This document shows, piece by piece, positions 19,769-28,994 of a stretch of DNA of 64,000 nucleotides (position 1 is the stretch's first letter; every line of letters starts with the position of its first letter). The DNA lies in assembly GCA_963770895.1 (NCBI GenBank), contig CAVYRF010000002.1:832001-896000 (forward strand). The letters run 5' to 3'. The notes under the pieces are model-generated. The model made no database searches and had not been told where the DNA came from. It saw only the letters and a program-made list of their open reading frames with translations. This DNA comes from an uncultured Acidobacteriota bacterium. GTDB lineage: Bacteria > Acidobacteriota > Thermoanaerobaculia > Multivoradales > UBA5704. A program made the translations under genes and the position numbers.

Positions 19769-21176
19769 CCCAACCGTTGACCAGGCCGGCGGCAAGAAAG
19801 CCGGCCACGCCCAGCCCGGCCAGCGCACACAGCGCCCAGGCGGTGCGCCGCTTGAGCTCGGCGCTGTGGGACAGGCGGGCGATGAGCGGCCAGTTCACCA
19901 GCGCGCTCACCAGCGAAGCCAGCAGCGCGCCGGTGCCCGCCACCCACGGCGAGATGGTGTGCTGCGCCGCCAGCGCCGCGGCCGAAGCCACGGCGCTGGA
20001 GCTGGACAGCAGACCGCCGACCACGCTCACCGAGTAGAAGCCCATCTCGCCCAAGGTGCGCTGGGCCAGCGTGCCGGCCACCTGCAGGCCGACAAACAGC
20101 AGGCCCAGCTGCAGCGCCGAACGGATCGAAAACGGCGACTCCAGACGCAGATCGGGAGGCGGCGGGCTGGCCTCGCCAGCGCCGTCCGCTCCACCTGCCC
20201 CGCCGTCGCCAGCACCGTCCGCGACACCCGCGCCGCCGGGCTCGGCGCCGGCAGCTCCGCGATCGACGGCGACGAGGGTCCCCGCAAGCGAAACCGCGAC
20301 AGGCGCCCGCGAGTTGGCCACGGCACCGACGCGGTACAGCGCCAGCACCGCCCCCGCCACCAGCATCAGGGTGAACGGCAGCCATGCCACGAGCAGCGCC
20401 GCGGGGGCCAGCAGGGCCAGCAGGATGGCGTTGCGCAACAGCATCGCCACCGTCGCCAGCATGACGCCGCGATAGGCTACGTCCGCCAGCGCGCCGCCGG
20501 TTTCGCGCACCCGCACCGCCATCTCGCTCACCGTGACGGTGCTGTTGACCAGCCCGCCCAGGAAGCCGGTCAGCTCCACGCCACGGGCGCCGTACAGCTT
20601 GAGCAGTACATAGTTCGCGAAGCCGATGCCGGCGATCAGGATGACGATGATCAGGGCACCGCGCAGGTCCAGCAGGTCCCAGCGGTCCACCTTGCCCAGC
20701 GGCAGCGCCGGGTAGATCACGAACGCCAGGATCGCCAGCGTGATGGCCGAGCGCAGCTCGGTTTCCGACAGCGCCTGGCTGAAACCGGCCAGCGGACGTT
20801 TCCAGGTCAGCAGCGCCGCCGTGCCGACGGCAAGCGCCGAAGGAGTCAGCCGGTGTCCCTGGCCGCACAGCACGCCGGCAAAGGCCATCAGGAAGAGGGC
20901 CGCCGAGGTGGTCAGCTCGGCGACCTGCCGGGAGCGCAGCGACTGGAGGTTGAGAAAGACCGCCAGAACCCCCACCAGCGCCAGCGCCGCCAACGTGTAG
21001 CTTTCGCCCTGCAGACCGCCCAGGGCGCCCAGCAGGGTGACAAAGGCAAAGGTGCGCAACCCCGCCTCTTTGCTGCGCCGCTCCCGCTCCAGGCCGACGA
21101 CCAGGCCCAGCGCCAGGGCCAGCACCAAGCGCTCCAGGGTGGGAGGGAACGGGTAGTGAATCGTTCCGGGAAGCAT
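19758..21176 (-). CDS. MgtC/SapB family membrane protein with DUF4010
   Basis: GLERE...AGLRTF, TTSAA and GGLVNST motifs. Confidence 0.85.
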   Translation of the reverse strand: MLPGTIHYPFPPTLERLVLALALGLVVGLERERRSKEAGLRTFAFVTLLGALGGLQGESYTLAALALVGVLAVFLNLQSLRSRQVAELTTSAALFLMAFAGVLCGQGHRLTPSALAVGTAALLTWKRPLAGFSQALSETELRSAITLAILAFVIYPALPLGKVDRWDLLDLRGALIIVILIAGIGFANYVLLKLYGARGVELTGFLGGLVNSTVTVSEMAVRVRETGGALADVAYRGVMLATVAMLLRNAILLALLAPAALLVAWLPFTLMLVAGAVLALYRVGAVANSRAPVAVSLAGTLVAVDRGAAGAEPGGAGVADGAGDGGAGGADGAGEASPPPPDLRLESPFSIRSALQLGLLFVGLQVAGTLAQRTLGEMGFYSVSVVGGLLSSSSAVASAAALAAQHTISPWVAGTGALLASLVSALVNWPLIARLSHSAELKRRTAWALCALAGLGVAGFLAAGLVNGWVRP

Positions 21177-21179
21177 CGT

Positions 21180-22070
21180 TCACCCCACCACGGCCAGGGC
21201 GCCGGGCGCCACCTCGACCACGAACGGCTGGCCGGCGTCCCGTGTCGCCACCGGTTCGCCGCCGCCAAAGAGAGTCATCGCGCGATCCAGGGTGATCTCG
21301 GCGCGCCGGACGCGCACGATCTCCACCGCCGGGTGACGCACGTGGGTGCCGCGATAGACGCGCGGGAACACCGCCAGCAGCGCCAGCCGCGACAGCTCCC
21401 GCACCACCACCAGGTCCAGCCAACCGTCGTCCGGCAGCGCCGCGGGCGCGATGCGCATGCCGCCGCCGAACCGCGGCAGGTTGGCCGCGACGGCGAACAT
21501 CGCGCGCCCCTCGAAACAGCCGCCGTCGTGCACGATCCTCATCGCCGGCGGCCGAAAGGTCGCCAGCGTGTGCAGCACCGCGTACACATACACCAGGGGC
21601 CCCCGCAGCCGCCGCACCTGATTGGCAAAGGCCGTCACCTCCGAGTCGAAGCCCACGCCGGCATAGCCGATCGCCACCGTCTCCCCGATCTTCACCAGGT
21701 CGAAGCGACGCACCGGCCCATGCAGCGCTCGCCCGACCGCCGCATCCAGTCCGCGCGGAACTCCCAGCGTGCCCGCCAGATCGTTGCCGGTGCCCAGCGG
21801 CACCACGCCCAGGGCGGTGGCGCTGCCGGCCAGCCCCTGCGCCGCCTGGTGCATCGTGCCGTCGCCGCCGGCCACCACCATCCGCTCCACACCGTCCGCG
21901 GCAGCCCGCCGCGCCTGCACGGCGATATCGGCGCCGCTCTTGCTGACCACCAACCCGGCGCCCGCCCCGGCAGCCAGCACCCGCAACCGGTCGAGCTGCC
22001 GCACCGCCTCCCCTCGCCCCGCCGCCGGGTTGAGCAAGAAGCGCACCGCCGTAGGAGCCTCGGCGCTCAA
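21180..22070 (-). CDS. Diacylglycerol/lipid kinase (YegS/DgkB family)
   Basis: NPAAG, GGDGT, PLGTGND, GVGFD; TTG start after an AAGGAGG RBS. Confidence 0.88.
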   Translation of the reverse strand: MSAEAPTAVRFLLNPAAGRGEAVRQLDRLRVLAAGAGAGLVVSKSGADIAVQARRAAADGVERMVVAGGDGTMHQAAQGLAGSATALGVVPLGTGNDLAGTLGVPRGLDAAVGRALHGPVRRFDLVKIGETVAIGYAGVGFDSEVTAFANQVRRLRGPLVYVYAVLHTLATFRPPAMRIVHDGGCFEGRAMFAVAANLPRFGGGMRIAPAALPDDGWLDLVVVRELSRLALLAVFPRVYRGTHVRHPAVEIVRVRRAEITLDRAMTLFGGGEPVATRDAGQPFVVEVAPGALAVVG

Positions 22071-22241
22071 GCAAGTTCCTCCTTCGCCAGCCAAAAAGGT
22101 CCCTGTCGGCAAAACGTACCATAGCAGCCACACTCCCCGCCGGCTCACCCCGCGCGGACCGCACGTCCACGCCCCATGCCAGGTTGGGCCGCGCTAGCCG
22201 CACCGCGCCGCGACGGCGTCCGGCTGCCGGGTAGTGGTGCC

Positions 22242-22379
22242 CTAGTGGCCTGTCCTGGAGAATTCGAAAGCGGATGGCGCAGAATGCGGCGGCAGGGGCC
22301 AGGCGCGTCCGCAGGCATAGTCGGAACTATGTCGAGGACGCGCAACGCCGCACCTGATTCGAACAGGACAGGCCACTAG
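22242..22379. mobile_element. MITE-like element, family A copy 1
   Basis: Terminal inverted repeats CTAGTGGCCTGTCCTG...CAGGACAGGCCACTAG; internal GCAGGCATAGTCGGAACTATGTCGAGGA. Confidence 0.8.
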
Positions 22380-22620
22380 CTAGTGTGTTGCTGCCTCCCG
22401 AAGGAGTTCACCGATGCTCCAAGGGCGCCGGGTCAGGCCAGCCGCCATCGCCGGGGTCATGTGGATGCTCTTGTGCATTCGGCAGAAGTTGTAGTACGCG
22501 AAGAAGAGCGCCAGGGCGGCCCGCAGGTTCGCCGGCTTCCTACTGAAGCTGTTCGACAGCCGGGTCATCCGCCGCAGGTGGCCGCGAAGTGCCCAGTTCG
22601 CCTGTTCAACGTGCGAGGCG
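22380..22620 (-). pseudogene. IS1-family-like transposase C-terminal fragment
   Basis: SHVEQANWALRGHLRRMTRLSNSFSRK...YYNFCRMHKSIHMTPAMAAGL; no N-terminal part is present. Confidence 0.8.
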
Positions 22621-22694
22621 GCGTTAAGGCCCCACTACCGCCGTCAAGCGGTAGGGCAAGCCTTCTCGGGTTGACGCTTTCGCATGCCATTCCT

Positions 22695-22952
22695 CTAGGT
22701 ACAGATGCGCGGAGGATTGCCCCAAACGAGGAGGCCAGGGTTGTATCCCGCCGGGCATTGGACGGCCTGGCCGCTGCAACAGGCGCCTTCGGTGACGAAA
22801 TCCTCAGTAACCGTGGTCAGCTTCGGAGGATCGCCAGGCTTCGTGCAGATGAGCTTGCAGGTGCCAGTGGTGCTATCGGCCTGGGCGGGTGCCGTATGAA
22901 TGGCCACGGCGACGAAAGCGAGCACACCTAGCGCACGAACGATGTTTTTCAT
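22695..22952 (-). CDS. Small secreted Cys-rich protein
   Basis: Signal peptide ending AQA; six Cys in the ~60-aa mature part; purine-rich RBS upstream. Confidence 0.7.
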   Translation of the reverse strand: MKNIVRALGVLAFVAVAIHTAPAQADSTTGTCKLICTKPGDPPKLTTVTEDFVTEGACCSGQAVQCPAGYNPGLLVWGNPPRICT

Positions 22953-23047
22953 AAATCCCCCTATTCAGCGCGCAAGGATATCCTAAGTTTTCGTCGAGGG
23001 GTAGCCGGCTCCCCCGCGGCCGATCGACCCGGGCTATGATCCGCGCC

Positions 23048-23371
23048 ATGCCGAATCCCAGCATTCAGATCCTGGTCTGCCTCAACGAGCGGCCGCCCGA
23101 CGCCCCCAAGCCCAGCTGTGCCCACCGTGGCTCGCTCGCCGTCTACAACCGCTTCCGCGACCGCGTGCGCGACCTCGGCCTGCGCGACTCGGTGATGGTC
23201 ACCCGCACCGGCTGCCTCAAGCACTGCAGCCAGGGAATTACCGTCGCCGTCTGGCCGCTCAACCACTGGTACCGCTCCGTCACCCTCGACGACATCGACG
23301 ACATCCTGAACGCCGCCACGCAAGGCCAGGAGCTGACACGTCTGCAAATGCCCGACATCCCCTGGGAGTAG
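23048..23371 (+). CDS. Thioredoxin-like [2Fe-2S] ferredoxin
   Basis: LVCLNER...SC...GCLKHC...WY. Confidence 0.88.
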   Translation: MPNPSIQILVCLNERPPDAPKPSCAHRGSLAVYNRFRDRVRDLGLRDSVMVTRTGCLKHCSQGITVAVWPLNHWYRSVTLDDIDDILNAATQGQELTRLQMPDIPWE

Positions 23372-23633
23372 CCCCCCCGCCCCAGCAAGTGCGCTCCAAT
23401 CCAAGCGGCCCCCGGCGCAAAACGGGCCGGTGGCCGGCAGTCTCGATGCCGCCTGCCTGACCCGCGGCGGCCAGTTCCCAAAGCTTGAAACTGCCGCGGC
23501 GCCGGGCAGTGCCGCGGCGATGCCGAGCGCCGCTGATCCCGGCGGCGCGGGGCGCAGACGCCGGCCGCGGAGGCCGGTGTCCTGGGGCGCCCCCGAGGGC
23601 AAGCCAGGCGGTCCAATCGATCCGTTACGGCGA

Positions 23634-24851
23634 CTAAGAAGCGAGGACGGGCAACAGAACGCCGGCGCCGGCTGCGTCGGGCGGCGGGGCGGACGCCAGG
23701 TCGCGGTTTTGCGGCGTGAGGGCGTGGCGGTACTGGTGGGCCAGGGCGGCGGTCTGCTCGCGGGTGACGAAGCGCTCGTAGAGGTTGGTGCGCTGGCGTG
23801 GCCGGTAGCCGGCGGCGGTGATCAGGTGCTCCATCTCATCCTGGCTCATGCGGTAGGACGTGCCCGCCGAGGCGACGACGTTCTCTTCGATCATGGTGGA
23901 ACCCATGTCGTCGGCGCCGAACGACAGCGCCACCTGGCCGATCTTTTTGCCCTGGGTGACCCAGCTGGTCTGGAAGTGGTCCACGTTGTCGATGAAGAGG
24001 CGCGACACGGCCAGCGTCCGCAGGTATTCGTCGGCGTAGGTTTCAGGAATGTCGGGCATCTCGGTGTGGTCGTGCTGGAACGTCCATGAGATGAATGCCG
24101 TGAAGCCTCCCGTCTCATCCTGCAGGTCGCGCACCCGCTGGAAATGCTCCACCCGCGCCGCCAGGTCCTCCCCCATGCCGTACATCATCGTCGCCGACGT
24201 GCGCAGCCCATTGCGGTGCGCCTGCCGCATGATGTCGATCCACTCTTCGGCCGAGCACTTGGGATACGCCAGCACCCGCTTGCGCGTCGCATCCGAAAGG
24301 ATCTCCGCGCCGCCTCCCGGAATCGACATCAAACCGGCGGCCTTCAGCCGCGCGATCACGTCAAAGAAGCTCATCCGCTCCTTGCGCGCGATGAATTTGA
24401 TCTCGGGCGGCGAAAACGCATGCAGGTGGATCGCCGGATACTGTTGCCGCAAGTAGCGCAGCAGATCCTCATAGAAACCGATCGGCAGGTCGGGATGGAC
24501 CCCGCCCTGCATCAGGATCCCGGTGCCGTTGAGCGCCAGCGTTTCCTCTACCTTCCGCCCGATCTCCTCGAAAGGCAGCAGGTACCCTTCAGCGTCCCCC
24601 GGCTCCCGGTAGAACGCACAGAACTTGCACTTGTACACACAGACGTTGGTGTAATTGATGTTGCGATCGACGTTGTAGGTCGCCGCAGCCGGATCGTTGA
24701 ACCGATCCCGCACCGCATGCGCCGCCGCCCCCAGCTCCAGCAGATCCCCGTCCAGCAGCAGCCGATGCGCATCCCCAGCCGAGATCCGCCGCCCCCCCAC
24801 CGCATCCGCAAGAATCGCCGCCACCGCCCGCGCCGAAGGCTCTAATTCCAT
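23634..24851 (-). CDS. mqnC: Cyclic dehypoxanthinyl futalosine synthase
   Basis: DRNINYTNVCVYKCKFC radical SAM motif, QGGVHP, PGGGAEIL, STMIEENVV; mqnA lies nearby. Confidence 0.9.
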   Translation of the reverse strand: MELEPSARAVAAILADAVGGRRISAGDAHRLLLDGDLLELGAAAHAVRDRFNDPAAATYNVDRNINYTNVCVYKCKFCAFYREPGDAEGYLLPFEEIGRKVEETLALNGTGILMQGGVHPDLPIGFYEDLLRYLRQQYPAIHLHAFSPPEIKFIARKERMSFFDVIARLKAAGLMSIPGGGAEILSDATRKRVLAYPKCSAEEWIDIMRQAHRNGLRTSATMMYGMGEDLAARVEHFQRVRDLQDETGGFTAFISWTFQHDHTEMPDIPETYADEYLRTLAVSRLFIDNVDHFQTSWVTQGKKIGQVALSFGADDMGSTMIEENVVASAGTSYRMSQDEMEHLITAAGYRPRQRTNLYERFVTREQTAALAHQYRHALTPQNRDLASAPPPDAAGAGVLLPVLAS

Positions 24852-24908
24852 GCGCCTATCTTAGCCCAAGCCACCGCCGGACCGCCATCCGGCTGCCGAT
24901 GAGCGCGT

Positions 24909-25328
24909 TCACAGGGCGTGCACGCTGACTTCGGGATGCGGTTCCGCTAGTCGCGCAAGATTCTGCTGGTCGCCGGTCAGGATCTGTCCGCCACCTGCCA
25001 CGACCGCGTGGGCCACGACCAGGGCATCCACCGTCGCGGCGATCCCGGCCGCACCCAGCAGCTGGCCGGCGACGCGGCCATGGACTTCGCGCAGCTCCGT
25101 GATGGTGCCGACCGACTTGAGGACACGGTTGACGGCGGCGTCACGTGGGCCGCCGCGCACCGTCTCGGCGACCACGACGACCGGGATTTCGACCGCGGCT
25201 CGCAGCTCCAGTGCCCGCGCCAGGAAAGCCCGCGCTCGCGCATCACCGCGAGCCAGCGCGATCACCGCTCCAGAGTCGAGAATCAGCCGCTACGCCGCCG
25301 GTGGACGCGTGGGGCGGGAGCCGGCCAT
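24909..25328 (-). pseudogene. PIN/VapC toxin with in-frame TAG at codon 13
   Basis: MAGSRPTRPPAA*RLILDSGAVIAL...VVAE...VDALVVAHA...ILTGD; stop at 25290-25292. Confidence 0.7.
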
Positions 25329-25534
25329 TCCTGTTGCACCTCCGCCAGCACCTGGGGATCCACCGGGCCGTGCTCGCGATCCAGGTCCGCCAGCAAGCAG
25401 GAGAGCCGATCGTGTTGCAGCTGCAACGACAGCGCCCGATTGACGTAGCGCGACAGCGCGCGGCTGCCCGTCATCTTGCGCGCTTCGGCCAGGAGCTCCG
25501 CCTCCAGCGTCAGGGATACCTTCTCGGCAGCCAT
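25283..25534 (-). CDS. RHH/CopG-like antitoxin
   Basis: KVSLTL...LSRYVNRAL; overlaps the start of the PIN gene. Confidence 0.8.
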   Translation of the reverse strand: MAAEKVSLTLEAELLAEARKMTGSRALSRYVNRALSLQLQHDRLSCLLADLDREHGPVDPQVLAEVQQEWPAPAPRVHRRRSG

Positions 25535-25539
25535 ACCAC

Positions 25540-25562
25540 CTATCCTACATTGAGTAGGATAG
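25540..25562. promoter_or_regulatory. Putative toxin-antitoxin operator palindrome
   Basis: CTATCCTAC-ATTGA-GTAGGATAG immediately upstream of the antitoxin start. Confidence 0.65.
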
Positions 25563-25755
25563 TCGTGCACCCGCAATTTCGTTCCCCCCGTGCGCAACGT
25601 CCCGCCCGGCATGCCGCCATCTTGGAAACGCGTCCGCCCAGAGCCTGCCACTCGGCGCGGTGATACGATCACTCGCGTATCAACGAATGATCGTTAATGT
25701 TTGCTGTTTTGAACATGTCGAGATTTCTATTCGACTTTCGCCCGCGAGGAGTGAG

Positions 25756-27372
25756 ATGCCCTTCAGGCAAGCCGCGATCGACCTATGCCGCGGCCGCGCC
25801 GTCGCGGCGATGGCTGCACGCGTCGATACGGCGCAGGCGGCCCAATTTGAGGGTGACACCCTGCTGGACTTGGCGGCCCATCTCTTCGCCGTCGCCTCAC
25901 GCCTATTGCTCGACGATCCATCGATAGGCCGCGGAAAGCCCGAATCGCCGGCTGTCAAGACGCTCGCGCCGTCGCCGAACTTCGGCGTGCTGTTGCAACA
26001 GCTGGCTACGCTGCCGCTGACTACCTCCGCGCCGGCCCTGTATGAACACATCGTTGCTGCGCTGGTGGCGATCGAACACGACCTTTGCCGCGATCTCACC
26101 ACCGCCGCGGCGCTGCGCACGTTCACAGACGTCGAAACCATCGAGGCCGACGGGCGGACCCACCTGGGCGGTCGGGTCATGCACTGGATTGGCCCGAGAT
26201 CGGAGCTCGCCGAGTTGCGCGAACGGCGCATGCACCGACCAGGATGGAAACCGCAGGCGCCTGCGCCGCACCCAGCGTCAGGCCTGCGCCAGCTCGGCCT
26301 CTACTGGCGGGCGGGTGACGACCAGCCCCAGGTCGAAAGCCTGCCTCTCCCACCGGCAACCGGCCTACTGGTTTGGGAGAGCGGCAAGGCTGCCGTAAAG
26401 GGTAGCTTCAAGCTGGCGCTCTGCCCGCTCGAAGGCGCCTTTCACCCGCGGTTTGAAATCGACAACCAGGGCTTCCGCGCCTGCCGGCCCGACGGCATCG
26501 TGCAGCCCACCCGCTTGCACGACCATTTGACCAAGGTCGTCGAAGCGGCGCGGGAGGCCAAAGTACACCTCCTCGTGCTGCCGGAGCTGATGGTGGACAC
26601 CGAGGCACGGAACGTCCTCTCCTCTCTACTGCGGCACGTTCCGCTCGACCGGACCGAAGTCCTGCCCTATGGCGTCGTGGCCGGCAGCTTCCACGTCTGG
26701 GACGGCGGAGCGCCAGAGGCAGAGGACCGAGCGGCGCCAAACGCCGCGTGCCGGCCGCGCAATCAGGCCGTCATCCTAGATCAGGGCGGCAATCGGATCG
26801 CCGTCCACGACAAACGTGGCCACTTCCGTTTTCCCGCCAAACTGGTCCAATTGGCCCCACAATTCTTCGAAAAAGTCGCCGTGCCGCTGGCGCCAACCGC
26901 CGAGATCCGCGAAGACATCGCTCCCGGCAATCGCCTGCAGGTCTTACATACATCGTTGGGCAAGCTGGTGCTGCTGATCTGCGCCGATGCCAGCTTCAAG
27001 GATCACCAGGGCTTTGTCCCCACGATCCAAAGCCTGCGCCCCGATCTGGTGGTGGTGGTCTCCATGTCGAGTGACACTCGTCCATTTGAGCCCTTCCTCG
27101 AAGACATGCGCGGCTTCGGGATTGGCACCGTGTTCCTCAATGCCCATTGCATCTGCAGCGCACCAGGGACCGACCTGGCCCTGTGCGACTTCGCGATGTA
27201 CGAGCCACAAGGATTTCCTGTCACCCGTCTGCGCTGGACCATCGACGAGCCGCCGCTGTGGTGCCGCATCTACCACTCGCAAGACGGCAACGAGAACTGG
27301 CGCCCGCTTGCCGATCCGAGGCGGCGGGACTTTCATGGCTGGAGCTGGAAGACGAAAGGCTCGGCTTGGTAG
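25756..27372 (+). CDS. Unknown N-terminal domain + carbon-nitrogen hydrolase (nitrilase-fold) domain
   Basis: E-K-C triad contexts LLVLPELMV, HDKRGHF, LVLLICAD; GAGGAG RBS before ATG 25756; possible frameshift near the 3' end. Confidence 0.65.
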   Translation: MPFRQAAIDLCRGRAVAAMAARVDTAQAAQFEGDTLLDLAAHLFAVASRLLLDDPSIGRGKPESPAVKTLAPSPNFGVLLQQLATLPLTTSAPALYEHIVAALVAIEHDLCRDLTTAAALRTFTDVETIEADGRTHLGGRVMHWIGPRSELAELRERRMHRPGWKPQAPAPHPASGLRQLGLYWRAGDDQPQVESLPLPPATGLLVWESGKAAVKGSFKLALCPLEGAFHPRFEIDNQGFRACRPDGIVQPTRLHDHLTKVVEAAREAKVHLLVLPELMVDTEARNVLSSLLRHVPLDRTEVLPYGVVAGSFHVWDGGAPEAEDRAAPNAACRPRNQAVILDQGGNRIAVHDKRGHFRFPAKLVQLAPQFFEKVAVPLAPTAEIREDIAPGNRLQVLHTSLGKLVLLICADASFKDHQGFVPTIQSLRPDLVVVVSMSSDTRPFEPFLEDMRGFGIGTVFLNAHCICSAPGTDLALCDFAMYEPQGFPVTRLRWTIDEPPLWCRIYHSQDGNENWRPLADPRRRDFHGWSWKTKGSAW

Positions 27373-27619
27373 TCGACCTAGGCATCCACTGGAGGCCCCC
27401 AACCCACATTACACCAAGCAAACAGAAAATTCAGACTCCAAAATCTTGACAGGCGCCATCCAACAGATAGAAAATGAGTAGAATGACGCAGCCGAAGGAT
27501 CAATGCATCCTCAATCGGCCGTGCTCCCGGCACCTGAACCTGTCGCAGAAGGATCTGACAGGAACCCCACCATGATGCCAGCGCTACCTCGCTAAGGCCA
27601 CAGGACCGAAGGGAATACC

Positions 27620-28945
27620 ATGACCTCAGGTTCGATTACCACCACCCTTCGCCGCCCATCCAACGATCCGGACGTGCTGCGCGCCCAGCTGCTACGCGAG
27701 CTGATCGCCCTCGACTCGCCGCCCGAAGCGGCGCCGCCGCCGCAAAACCCCACCGACTCGCCCAGCGTCCAGCCTGCCGGTCAGAATCCTGGCAGCGCTA
27801 GCTCGAATCCCCTTGCAGTCGAGCACAGCTCACGACCAGATCCGGCTGCCGTGCGACCAGCGCCTAGCCTGCCGTCTGCCCCAGGAAACGGCGACACTCC
27901 ACAGCCGGCAGCGTCCGGCGAGCCCGCGCTCTATCACGCCTACCTTCAACACGCCCTCCTGATCGTCTGGCGCGGCGTCGCCCAGGGGAACCTTCACCTC
28001 CCGCGCCAGATGCTGGAGCGCCTGAGGCCGATGCAGCGCTTTATCGATCGCCACCTGTCACGATGGCAAACGCGAGCCGAGCTGGCGGCCGCGGAGCTGC
28101 TCTTCACGCTAGACTGTCTGCGCTTGGCGGACCAAACGCTGGACGAGGCCCGTACCTCGCAGCGTCTGGCCGACCCTCGGCGGTCCTCGACAGAGCGCGA
28201 GGTTCTCCGCGTCCTCAGCCACAATCGCAACCGTTACCTGCGCCGCGGCGCCGTGTGGGAAGAGATGAGCTCCCTGCGGCGCCCAACGCAGGCACGCGTC
28301 GGCCAAATCCTCGCCGACCTCCGCGAGCAGGGAGTCGTGCAACGGACCTTCGGGCGCGCTCAGGGCAACCCCGACTCGTCGTTCTACGCCCTCTCACCGA
28401 TGGGGATCGAGATCTGCGAAAACATCGGCCTTGGCCAACCGAACGCCACGACAAGCAAGGCCGCTTCCGCTGGCTTGGTGCTTGCCAACCACGCGAAACC
28501 AGTGCCGACGAGTCCCGCGATTGCCGTGTCGGAGCCACCGCCGGCGGCTGAAGGTGCAGCTCCGCCAACGCCACCCGCACCCCGAAGGAGCAGCAGCGAA
28601 ACTGAAACCGTCCTGCGGCTCGTCGAATTGTTGGCGTCGTCCGACAGCAACGACCCAAGACGCAGCATGATCATCGGCGCGCTTTCACGGCAGACTTCGG
28701 TCTTCGAGGCACCAAGCGTCGTCGCGCTCCTGAAAAAGGCCGCAGACGCGAACGGCAGCATCGATGCCTGGAAGAACTGCACCGAAGGGGTCGTCGGCTT
28801 AATGGAAACCGCAACGTATCTTGCCGTCAGAAGTATCGCTCCGTCGGCAACCGACAGCGGCGAAAACACCGGCGGCCCCTACCTGTTTCGAGGCGGATCT
28901 ACTCCTTCTGCGCCTAATCGAAGCAGCCCCACCGTCCCATTCTAA
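27620..28945 (+). CDS. Hypothetical protein with central winged-HTH-like segment
   Basis: EREVLRVL...PTQARVGQILADLREQGVVQR...FYALSPMG, flanked by Pro-rich linkers. Confidence 0.6.
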   Translation: MTSGSITTTLRRPSNDPDVLRAQLLRELIALDSPPEAAPPPQNPTDSPSVQPAGQNPGSASSNPLAVEHSSRPDPAAVRPAPSLPSAPGNGDTPQPAASGEPALYHAYLQHALLIVWRGVAQGNLHLPRQMLERLRPMQRFIDRHLSRWQTRAELAAAELLFTLDCLRLADQTLDEARTSQRLADPRRSSTEREVLRVLSHNRNRYLRRGAVWEEMSSLRRPTQARVGQILADLREQGVVQRTFGRAQGNPDSSFYALSPMGIEICENIGLGQPNATTSKAASAGLVLANHAKPVPTSPAIAVSEPPPAAEGAAPPTPPAPRRSSSETETVLRLVELLASSDSNDPRRSMIIGALSRQTSVFEAPSVVALLKKAADANGSIDAWKNCTEGVVGLMETATYLAVRSIAPSATDSGENTGGPYLFRGGSTPSAPNRSSPTVPF

Positions 28946-28994
28946 TTTGGTTCGTTGGCAGCAAAGGCTGCGGACGGACCGATACCCAAAGAGA

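Noticed and set aside
23634-24851. Radical SAM enzyme as the maturase of the RiPP-like peptide
   Set aside because: Motifs and proximity to mqnA identify it as MqnC; the other radical SAM gene is MoaA.
27483-27575. Short ORF MTQPKDQC... inside the island
   Set aside because: No convincing RBS or motif; more likely leader sequence downstream of the TTGACA at 27446.
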